NCBI GenBank assembly: GCA_023898465.1
Contig: CP060223.1
Location: forward strand, 896,001 to 960,000
Direction: 5' to 3'
Source: Candidatus Nomurabacteria bacterium
Lineage (GTDB): Bacteria; Patescibacteriota; Patescibacteriia; HK-STAS-PATE-3
Length of the DNA: 64,000 nucleotides
Every line of letters starts with the position of its first letter. Position 1 is the stretch's first letter. Shown here one piece after another: positions 29,722 to 36,809 of the stretch. The position numbers and the translations under genes are program-made. Below the pieces are notes generated by a model that worked only from the letters and a program-made list of their open reading frames with translations, did not search any database and was not told the DNA's origin.

Positions 29722-29796
29722 CTTGAATTAGATAATTGTTTCAGTATTTAGTCAAAATGTTATTTTATTTTTTTTGGCTAACTTTAGTGAGGCGAT

Positions 29797-29810
29797 GTTC
29801 CTCGAGGAAC
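29797..29810. repeat. perfect 14-nt palindrome GTTCCTCGAGGAAC
   Basis: Lies 11 nt 3' of tRNA-Ala(CGC) and about 75 nt upstream of the DedA start. Confidence 0.5.
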
Positions 29811-29820
29811 TTTTTAATTG

Positions 29821-29895
29821 TGGTGGACCAGAGGGGAGTTGAACCCCTGACCCCTGCAATGCGAATGCAGTGCTCTACCACTGAGCTACTGGCCC
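29821..29895 (-). tRNA. tRNA-Ala(CGC)
   Basis: Reverse complement gggccag...ctgca-ttcgcat-tgcag...ctggtcc-a-cca with the G3:U70 pair. Confidence 0.85.
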
Positions 29896-29901
29896 TAGTG
29901 T

Positions 29902-29915
29902 GTTCCTCGTGGAAC
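29902..29915. repeat. 14-nt near-palindrome GTTCCTCGTGGAAC, 7 nt upstream of the tRNA-Ala(CGC) 5' end
   Basis: Same spacing to the tRNA 5' end as the copy at 28814. Confidence 0.5.
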
Positions 29916-29945
29916 AAACGGATGGGAGGCCTAAATTATCTAACG

Positions 29946-30021
29946 TGGTGGACCCTACCGGGCTCGAACCGGTCACCTCTTCCATGCCATGGAAGCGCTC
30001 TACCAAATGAGCTAAGGGCCC
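29946..30021 (-). tRNA. tRNA-Ala(GGC)
   Basis: Body is almost identical to tRNA-Ala(UGC), but the anticodon stem-loop is cttcc-atggcat-ggaag. G3:U70 present. Confidence 0.9.
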
Positions 30022-30073
30022 ATGTGAACTACGGATATTTTAAGCTTCTTTTCTCCGTACCTGCCTCAGCCTT

Positions 30074-30145
30074 TGCCCCCACCATGAATCGAACATGGAT
30101 CCAGGGCTTAGGAGTCCCTTGTTCTATCCTTTGAACTATGGGGGC
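30074..30145 (-). tRNA. tRNA-Arg(CCU); no encoded CCA
   Basis: Reverse complement gccccca...aggga-ctcctaa-gccct (A31:G39 mismatch)...ccatg-ttcgatt-catgg-tgggggc-a. The loop CUCCUAA matches the E. coli argW loop. Confidence 0.7.
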
Positions 30146-30379
30146 AGGGGCGGCGGCAGGCAATTTTCTTTTACCCGAGATTTTGTAACTTTTGTAAAAA
30201 GTTATTTTTTTGCTAGCCTTTGCAAAAAATAAGCGTCGTAGAATATTATGTTAAAAATGCATCTAAGTTACGAGCCATTATTACACCAAGTGGCCATTTT
30301 CGCAATGCCTAAAGAGCCAGATCGATTGACACAGTAGCATCAACAACTTATTGTTACCACGTTTACCACTCATATACAT

Positions 30380-30784
30380 ATGGCACTACTTAATAGAGAA
30401 GAAAAACAATCACAACACATCGATACCGTTATTGGCCGAAACGTTCAGGTTGAGGGCAATTTTAATGGTGAAGGCAATGTAACCGTAGAGGGTACGGTTT
30501 CAGGTACCTTAAAGACAGCTAAAGATCTCATCGTTGGATCAGCCGCAAAGATTAAAGCTGATGTTGAAGCTGAAAACATAAGCGTTGCGGGTGAAATTCA
30601 AGGAAACGTTATCGCACGCGGTAAACTTGAGCTAAGTTCAAGCGCAAAAATAATTGGCAATGTAAAAACCTCAACTTTGTCGGTAGAGTCAGGCGCAGTT
30701 TTGCACGGCAAATGCACTATGAACGAAACGAAAGACAAGCTTGCAACTGATGAAGCGATTGAAATGCCCGCTAAGCTAAAATAA
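30380..30784 (+). CDS. bactofilin (polymer-forming cytoskeletal protein)
   Basis: Repetitive beta-helical V/I-x-G/V-x-V-x-G pattern (VEGNFNGEGNVTVEGTVSGTL...). Confidence 0.75.
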   Translation: MALLNREEKQSQHIDTVIGRNVQVEGNFNGEGNVTVEGTVSGTLKTAKDLIVGSAAKIKADVEAENISVAGEIQGNVIARGKLELSSSAKIIGNVKTSTLSVESGAVLHGKCTMNETKDKLATDEAIEMPAKLK

Positions 30785-30796
30785 GCAGGGCATTGT

Positions 30797-31567
30797 ATGT
30801 ATTGTTACCTGTTTGACACCTTTCTCCGTGAAAGGCAGTACGAAAAAAGCGTACATCGCGTTGAAGCGCGAATCGCTGAGCTTGGCTTACAAGGAAAAAC
30901 TGAGCGGCTCAGCATTCTAAAAAACGCAGGTGAAATAGTTCGCGATGCAGTTAAAAAAGGTGTACAAACTTTTGTTATTGTTGGCGACGATAGCACGATT
31001 CAGAAAGTATTAACCTATGTAGCCGAAGAAAAGGTTACCTTGGGAATTATTCCTCTCGGTACAAAATTAGAAATAGCTGACATGCTTGGTATTCCGCACG
31101 GAGAGGCTGCTTGCGATACACTTTCGAAACGAGTTATTCAATCACTCGATCTCGGCCGAATAAACTCTCAATACTTTTTACGCTCACTCGATATTCAGAG
31201 CAATGCGGTGCAACTTGAAAGTGATCAAGGGTACACAATCTCTCTTCAAGACCCGGAAGCTAAAATTCAAATTGCTAACTTTCTTCCTATGCAAGATGAA
31301 AGGGGAAAAGCAGGCGACCCATCAGATGGAACGCTTGAGGCAATTGTTTCAGCCTCGCCGAAAAAAGGTTTCTTTACCTCGCTTCGTGGACAGTCTGATC
31401 ACCCTAGCATTTTCCCATTCCGCAAAGTAAAAGTGACGTGTCGCGATGCCAGCGTCCCTCTGGTAGTGGACGGGGAAGGGATAGTAAAAACTCCAGCCCA
31501 AATAGAAGTAGTACCACATTGTTTGCGGGTGATCGTCGGAAGAGCGCGGCATTTTGCTCAGGCATAA
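30797..31567 (+). CDS. diacylglycerol-kinase catalytic domain family lipid kinase (YegS-like), degenerate GGDG motif
   Basis: VQTFVIVGDDSTIQKV...LGIIPLGT matches DAGK_cat topology. Confidence 0.55.
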   Translation: MYCYLFDTFLRERQYEKSVHRVEARIAELGLQGKTERLSILKNAGEIVRDAVKKGVQTFVIVGDDSTIQKVLTYVAEEKVTLGIIPLGTKLEIADMLGIPHGEAACDTLSKRVIQSLDLGRINSQYFLRSLDIQSNAVQLESDQGYTISLQDPEAKIQIANFLPMQDERGKAGDPSDGTLEAIVSASPKKGFFTSLRGQSDHPSIFPFRKVKVTCRDASVPLVVDGEGIVKTPAQIEVVPHCLRVIVGRARHFAQA

Positions 31568-31638
31568 GCTCTAGGAAAAAAAACTTTCGCCTAGCCCGTG
31601 TGAACATGGCATTCACATTGTCTTTTCTTAAAATATCT

Positions 31639-31646
31639 TGTATAAT
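31639..31646 (+). promoter_or_regulatory. -10 element TGTATAAT placed 9 nt before the galU ATG
   Basis: ttgtataat, then attcgcgta, then the ATG at 31656. Confidence 0.35.
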
Positions 31647-31655
31647 ATTCGCGTA

Positions 31656-32537
31656 ATGAAAGCAAACGGAACAAAAAAACTTGTACGAAAAGCAGTGATT
31701 CTGGTGGCCGGGTATGGTACCCGATTTTTGCCTGCCACCAAAGCACAGCCAAAAGAAATGCTTCCAGTTATTGACACGCCAGCTGTTCAGCTAAGTGTTG
31801 AGGAAGCCATTAATGCCGGTATTGAAGATATTGTGCTCATTACGGGATCCAGCAAAAGAGCAATTGAGGATCACTTTGATGCAAATACTGACCTGGAAAA
31901 TCGATTACGCCAGCAAAAGAAACATGCGCAACTAGAGAGCATTACACGGATTCAACGTCTGGCAAATTTTATTTACGTTCGACAACCTCAGCCGCTCGGA
32001 AATGGTCATGCCACCTTAATGGCTGAAGCAGCGATTGGAAACGAACCTTTTGTTTTACTCTACCCGGATGACTTAATTGTTTCCAAAAAAAATTCTATCA
32101 AGGAAATGATTCAGGTCTACGAGGAATTTCAAGCGCCAGTTATGGGCCTCTTACACGTAGAGAAAAAAGATGTAACAAAGTACGGCATTGCCAAAGTCAA
32201 CCACATCCGTGAACATATCTACGAAGTCTCTCAGGTTATTGAGAAGCCAACTCTCGCACAAGCACCTTCTCAGCTCGCCTCATTAAAAGGCTTTGTTTTC
32301 CCTCCGATAATTTTTGAATACTTACGCAAAGTACGACGCGGCAAAGATGGAGAAATATGGCTGCCAGATGCCGTAGACCTTTATAACAAAAAACATGCCG
32401 TCTTTGGTTGTGAGCTTAATGGTGAAGTATTTGATCTTGGTTCTAAGCTAGGCTGGTTAAAAGCAAATGTTTCTTTTGCGCTTAAGCGACCAGAGCTGCG
32501 TAAAGAATTCCGCGCCTATCTCAAAAAATTAGTCTAA
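31656..32537 (+). CDS. galU: UTP--glucose-1-phosphate uridylyltransferase
   Basis: KAVILVAGYGTRFLPATKAQPKEMLPV and the overall GalU family. Start chosen at MKANGTKK. Confidence 0.85.
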   Translation: MKANGTKKLVRKAVILVAGYGTRFLPATKAQPKEMLPVIDTPAVQLSVEEAINAGIEDIVLITGSSKRAIEDHFDANTDLENRLRQQKKHAQLESITRIQRLANFIYVRQPQPLGNGHATLMAEAAIGNEPFVLLYPDDLIVSKKNSIKEMIQVYEEFQAPVMGLLHVEKKDVTKYGIAKVNHIREHIYEVSQVIEKPTLAQAPSQLASLKGFVFPPIIFEYLRKVRRGKDGEIWLPDAVDLYNKKHAVFGCELNGEVFDLGSKLGWLKANVSFALKRPELRKEFRAYLKKLV

Positions 32538-32545
32538 GGGGGAAC

Positions 32546-33937
32546 ATGCGACGTTACGTCATTCTCATAGGTATCGTACTCATACCGGTTCTGGCCGTAT
32601 TTATTATCGTGTCCGGGGTTATTAATAAACCACAGCCAAATGTACAGGACGTACCATTAACCTTTTGGACAGTACAAGATGACACAAGCGCCTTTACTGA
32701 CGTGATCGCAGCATATCAGCAAGCCCACCCCTACATTACCATCGAGGTCGTACAAAAGCGTGCTCAAGATTATGGTGAGGCACTTATTCAAGCATGGGCA
32801 CGTGGGGACGGGCCTGATATTTTTTCTCTCCCTAATGCAGAGGTTGGAGAATATGCTGACTTTATTGCCCCATTACCTGAGGCAACACAGGTCTATCAAT
32901 ATCAGAACAAACGCGTGCTTCTCAGTAGGCAGCTTGTGATTACACCGGTCACTTCAAGCTCTATCACCCCGGCCCGCCTCAGTAATGACTATGTAGATGT
33001 TATTGCCAGCGATGTTATCCGAGATGGACAAATATATGCACTCCCATTAAGCGTAGACACCTTAGCAGTCTACGTTAATCGCAACCTTCTAAACACTGCT
33101 AATATTGTTTCACCGGCAACAACCTGGCAAGAGCTTATTTCCCAAGTACCTGATCTCACTATTTTTGATGCGCAAAATAATATTATTCAATCTGGGATCG
33201 CACTTGGAACGGCTGAAAATGTTTCCTACTCAGCTGAAATACTCTCACTGCTCATGATGCAAAACGGTACACAAATGACTGACCCAACTGGAACACGTGT
33301 GCAATTTGATCAGGGAACAAAAGAATATAACGCGGGTGAACGAGCTGTTGATTTCTACACCGACTTCTCTGACGAAACAAAAGCAGTCTACAGCTGGTCA
33401 GGGGATAGCTCACACTCAATTGATAGTTTTATCGAAGGTAAGACTGCCTACTTAATTGGCACCTTAGCTGACCAGGCAACAATTCAGGAGCAAAACCCGG
33501 CACTCCGCTATGACATCGTGCCAATGTTCCACATCAATACCGATGGAACCGACACCAGCGGCAGCACGGGAACGCGTACAAAAATTAACTACGCAAAATA
33601 CTGGGTGCAGACAGTGGCAAAAAATTCCGCTCATAGCAATGAGGCTTGGAATTTTGTGCAATACATGAGTCAGTCAGGCGTCGTCGAGGCATATCTCAAC
33701 GCCAGCGGACGTATTTCTCCTCTCCGAAAAATATTAGCACAACAAGTGAATGTGCCGGCCTTACAAGTCTTTGCCAATCAAGCGCTCACTGCGCAAAATT
33801 GGTATCATGGAAACAGCTGGACACAAACTGAAGGCTATCTCAAGCAACTCATCACCGTTGTTGCTGAAAAAACAAAGTTGCCGTTGGAGGCTTTAAGCCA
33901 AGCTGCTAAACAAGTGCAGCTCACCTTTACTGAATAA
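32546..33937 (+). CDS. extracellular solute-binding protein (ABC-type sugar-binding family 1-like) with an N-terminal membrane anchor
   Basis: 463 aa. N-terminal TM helix and an SBP-like alpha/beta architecture. No permease or ATPase genes are adjacent. Confidence 0.55.
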   Translation: MRRYVILIGIVLIPVLAVFIIVSGVINKPQPNVQDVPLTFWTVQDDTSAFTDVIAAYQQAHPYITIEVVQKRAQDYGEALIQAWARGDGPDIFSLPNAEVGEYADFIAPLPEATQVYQYQNKRVLLSRQLVITPVTSSSITPARLSNDYVDVIASDVIRDGQIYALPLSVDTLAVYVNRNLLNTANIVSPATTWQELISQVPDLTIFDAQNNIIQSGIALGTAENVSYSAEILSLLMMQNGTQMTDPTGTRVQFDQGTKEYNAGERAVDFYTDFSDETKAVYSWSGDSSHSIDSFIEGKTAYLIGTLADQATIQEQNPALRYDIVPMFHINTDGTDTSGSTGTRTKINYAKYWVQTVAKNSAHSNEAWNFVQYMSQSGVVEAYLNASGRISPLRKILAQQVNVPALQVFANQALTAQNWYHGNSWTQTEGYLKQLITVVAEKTKLPLEALSQAAKQVQLTFTE

Positions 33938-33940
33938 CGC

Positions 33941-34924
33941 ATGTTACGTTTACCCTCAACTCGATTCTGGATCATCTCGGGTTTAAGCATGCTTATTGTA
34001 CTTGGCGCAGTAATACCTGCCCGAGCGGAGATCTTACCAAACTGCGAAAAAACACTTTACAAAGTTGAGCTCAATGGAGATCTCGATTGCCCAGATGGAA
34101 CAAACAATTGTATTGATCCAAATGATTACATACAAACTGTACACGGTGATATCGAACAGGTAATGGTCAACCGGAGCTGTGGTTTCAATGACTTCATTCA
34201 GCTCTTTGTGAATCTCGCAAACTGGGGCTTGGCTATTATGGGTGCCCTGGCTGTTTTCTTCTACATGTACGCGGGCTTCCAATTCTTAACTGCCGGCGGT
34301 CGGAGCGAGAATGTCGAGCAGGGTAAAAAAATTCTCTGGGGCACCACTATGGGAGTGATTATCATGCTGACTGCGTGGGCCGTTATTGGTTTCTATATTG
34401 TTGCTACAACTGGCAGTAACCAAGGCTTTGTTTTTCCTAATGATCCTAACTTCCTAGCCCCTTGGTTTGGTCAGACCGAAACTTGTCGACAGACCTATAT
34501 AAAAAATTACGACCAATCTCAGTGTGGACAAAACAATCTTCATATAAACTGTTCAGACCCGATTGATGGAAGCGATGGACCTGTTACTCGTTTGCAAAGC
34601 ATACTTACTCAGCGAGCTTGTAACCCTGGAGGAATAGACGGCTGTTTTGGTTCAAACACTGAAAGTGGGCTCCGACAATTCCAGAGAGTGAATTGGCGCA
34701 GTGGAATTATTGAAGACGGGGTAGTGAATGCCGATGATTGGAGCACCCTACTCAACACTTCTACTGCGTATGATTGTTCAGTCCCGCTAGGTTGCTGCAT
34801 CAATCCTGATGAACCGAGTCTTTGTTATGATCAAATTCCAGAGGCCTACTGTAACCAGAATGGTTGGACCTTCCTACCAGATAGCTGTGCGAGTTACGAC
34901 TTTGACTGTGAAGGACCAAGTTAA
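33941..34924 (+). CDS. long pilin-like paralog: Cys-rich N-terminal region + two-TM hairpin pilin-like core + PG_binding_1 domain + Cys-rich C-terminus
   Basis: The core FIQLFVNLANWGLAIMGALAVFFYMYAGFQFLTAGGRSENVEQGKKILWG...IMLTAWAVIGFYIV is paralogous to the ORFs downstream. Near the C-terminus, LQSILTQRACNPGGIDGCFGSNTESGLRQFQRVNW resembles a peptidoglycan-binding domain. Confidence 0.55.
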   Translation: MLRLPSTRFWIISGLSMLIVLGAVIPARAEILPNCEKTLYKVELNGDLDCPDGTNNCIDPNDYIQTVHGDIEQVMVNRSCGFNDFIQLFVNLANWGLAIMGALAVFFYMYAGFQFLTAGGRSENVEQGKKILWGTTMGVIIMLTAWAVIGFYIVATTGSNQGFVFPNDPNFLAPWFGQTETCRQTYIKNYDQSQCGQNNLHINCSDPIDGSDGPVTRLQSILTQRACNPGGIDGCFGSNTESGLRQFQRVNWRSGIIEDGVVNADDWSTLLNTSTAYDCSVPLGCCINPDEPSLCYDQIPEAYCNQNGWTFLPDSCASYDFDCEGPS

Positions 34925-34937
34925 TTTTCTATTGCAT

Positions 34938-35300
34938 ATGAATACACTACGAAAAAAACGCTTACCACTTATTCTCATGATCGCCGGACTCGTCCTCATG
35001 CCGCTGAGCGCCTTTGCGCAAAGCGGCTCGGCTGTAGCCATACCTAACCCGATTTCGTGTGGTAACTTAATTTGTCTCTTTGTAAACCTCATGCGCCTTA
35101 TTCTGGCCGGCTTAGGTGTCTTTGGCATGGTGATGTTTATTTGGGGAGGCTTTCTCATGCTTACTTCTGCGGGTAATGCTGATCGAATTCAAAAAGGAAA
35201 AGAAACCTTAGTGTGGTCAATTCTTGGTATTTTAGTAATTCTCGGCAGTTGGATACTCCTCAAATCAGTGATTGATGCAATTAACGGGGTTACTAACTAG
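34938..35300 (+). CDS. pilin-like two-TM hairpin protein (divergent paralog, 120 aa)
   Basis: Signal peptide ending AFAQS, then CGNLICLFVNLMRLILAGLGVFGMVMFIWGGFLMLTSAGNADRIQKGKETLVWSILGILVILGSWILL. Confidence 0.6.
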   Translation: MNTLRKKRLPLILMIAGLVLMPLSAFAQSGSAVAIPNPISCGNLICLFVNLMRLILAGLGVFGMVMFIWGGFLMLTSAGNADRIQKGKETLVWSILGILVILGSWILLKSVIDAINGVTN

Positions 35301-35385
35301 GTTTGACGAAGTAGGAAGAGAGAGGTACGCTATATTCGACATAAGGTGAAGGAACACTTCACAATTGAAAGGGGGTGAGAAACAC

Positions 35386-35751
35386 ATGAAACAACGTACA
35401 CGACTGCTCGGCACACTAGCAGCATTTGCTATACTAGCACTTCCGTTGCTTGTTTCCGCCCAATCTGCTTTCACCGTAGAAAACATCGGTGGATCAGTTG
35501 GTCTCGGTACTGCTGACCTCAAAGATACCGTCATCAACATCATTCAATGGGTGCTTGGTATCCTCGCACTCGTTGCTGTCGTTATGATCATCATTGGTGG
35601 TTTCCAGTGGATGACTGCTGGTGGAAACGACGAAAAGGTGGAAAAGGCCAAGAAGATTATCTCAGCCGCGGTAATTGGTCTTATTATCATCTTGTTGGCT
35701 TGGGCTATTGTCATCTTCGTCGCAAATACAACGGCGAATGTCACTACCTAA
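35386..35751 (+). CDS. pilin-like two-TM hairpin protein (VirB2/TrbC-like topology), paralog 1
   Basis: SD agggggtga 6 nt before the ATG. Sec signal peptide ...LLVSAQS/AF. TM1, K-rich loop TAGGNDEKVEKAKK, TM2, C-terminus ANTTANVTT. Confidence 0.7.
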   Translation: MKQRTRLLGTLAAFAILALPLLVSAQSAFTVENIGGSVGLGTADLKDTVINIIQWVLGILALVAVVMIIIGGFQWMTAGGNDEKVEKAKKIISAAVIGLIIILLAWAIVIFVANTTANVTT

Positions 35752-35776
35752 TCCAATCACGTATTTGGACTTTTAG

Positions 35777-35810
35777 AACATACCCAGCTCACTGCTGGGT
35801 ATGTTTTTAT
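35777..35810 (+). terminator. rho-independent terminator
   Basis: aacatacccagc-tcact-gctgggtatgtt followed by tttat. Confidence 0.65.
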
Positions 35811-35873
35811 TCAAAAAAGCCTTACTATGCTATAGTAGTATATATCTTTGAGAAGAAGAGGGGGTGAATATAC

Positions 35874-36230
35874 ATGAAGAAAGCTTTAATCGCAGTCGGT
35901 ACTTTGGCGCTCGTTGCTATGCCAATGCTTGCATCAGCCCAATCTGCTTTCACCGTTGAAAACGTTGGAGGATCCGTCGGTCTCGGTACCGCTGATTTGA
36001 AGGACACCGTCATCAACATCATTCAATGGGTGCTTGGTATTGTCGCCTTAATCGCTGTCGTTATGATCATCATTGGCGGTTTCCAGTGGATGACTGCTGG
36101 TGGAAACGACGAAAAGGTGGAAAAGGCCAAGAAGATTATATCTTCAGCCGTAGTCGGTTTGATTATTGTGTTACTCGCCTGGGCAATTGTTGTATTCGTT
36201 GCAAACACAACCTCAAACGTTACCGCCTAG
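35874..36230 (+). CDS. pilin-like two-TM hairpin protein, paralog 2
   Basis: SD agggggtga. 87-nt and 62-nt segments are nearly identical to paralogs 1 and 3. C-terminus ANTTSNVTA. Confidence 0.75.
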   Translation: MKKALIAVGTLALVAMPMLASAQSAFTVENVGGSVGLGTADLKDTVINIIQWVLGIVALIAVVMIIIGGFQWMTAGGNDEKVEKAKKIISSAVVGLIIVLLAWAIVVFVANTTSNVTA

Positions 36231-36249
36231 CGTACACTTCGCAAATTCT

Positions 36250-36287
36250 GCAAAAGCCCTACCTTATACGAGGGCTTTTGCTTTTTC
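36250..36287 (+). terminator. rho-independent terminator
   Basis: gcaaaagccct...agggcttttgc followed by tttttc. Confidence 0.65.
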
Positions 36288-36307
36288 TGCGCAACTTTTA
36301 TTTTTCA

Positions 36308-36316
36308 TGGTATACT
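36308..36316 (+). promoter_or_regulatory. extended -10 TGGTATACT upstream of paralog 3
   Basis: The same 9-mer as at 17930. Confidence 0.4.
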
Positions 36317-36356
36317 GAATGCATTACATCTTTAGGTAAAGGAGGTGAATGTCAGA

Positions 36357-36725
36357 ATGACCATAAAACGATTTCTTCCCTTAGCGCTACTCGGACTTAC
36401 CTTGGTATTACTGCCTTCTACTGTAGCAGCTCAATCAACCGCCTTTACGATCGAAAATATTGGTGGATCAATCGGTCTCGGTACCGCTGATTTGAAGGAC
36501 ACCGTCATCAACATCATTCAATGGGTGCTTGGTATCCTTTCATTAGTAGCCGTTGTTATGATTATTTTTGGTGGCTTTACCTGGATGACTGCCGGAGGTG
36601 CTGAAGATAAAGTTGATCAAGCCAAGCGTATTATCACCGCTGCAGTAATTGGTCTTATCATCATCTTGTTGGCTTGGGCTATTGTCATCTTCGTCGCAAA
36701 TACAACGGCGAACGTTACCACTTAG
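36357..36725 (+). CDS. pilin-like two-TM hairpin protein, paralog 3
   Basis: SD aaggaggtga. Start chosen at MTIKRF. C-terminus ANTTANVTT. Confidence 0.7.
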   Translation: MTIKRFLPLALLGLTLVLLPSTVAAQSTAFTIENIGGSIGLGTADLKDTVINIIQWVLGILSLVAVVMIIFGGFTWMTAGGAEDKVDQAKRIITAAVIGLIIILLAWAIVIFVANTTANVTT

Positions 36726-36747
36726 GCTACACTAGAATCAAAACACA

Positions 36748-36781
36748 GACCTCTCCATATTTGGGGAGGTTTTGTGCTTTT
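36748..36781 (+). terminator. rho-independent terminator
   Basis: cctctcc-atattt-ggggagg followed by ttttgtgctttt. Confidence 0.6.
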
Positions 36782-36809
36782 GGCTGACTCCGCTACACTA
36801 TGAACGCAT

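Noticed and set aside
35386-36725. Type IV prepilin-like motif: mature N-terminus AFTVEN resembles G/FTLIE
   Set aside because: The leader is a long classical Sec signal peptide with an AxA-type cleavage site, not a short basic class III leader. The residues after the motif are hydrophilic, not the obligatory hydrophobic alpha1-N helix. I treat the resemblance as coincidental.
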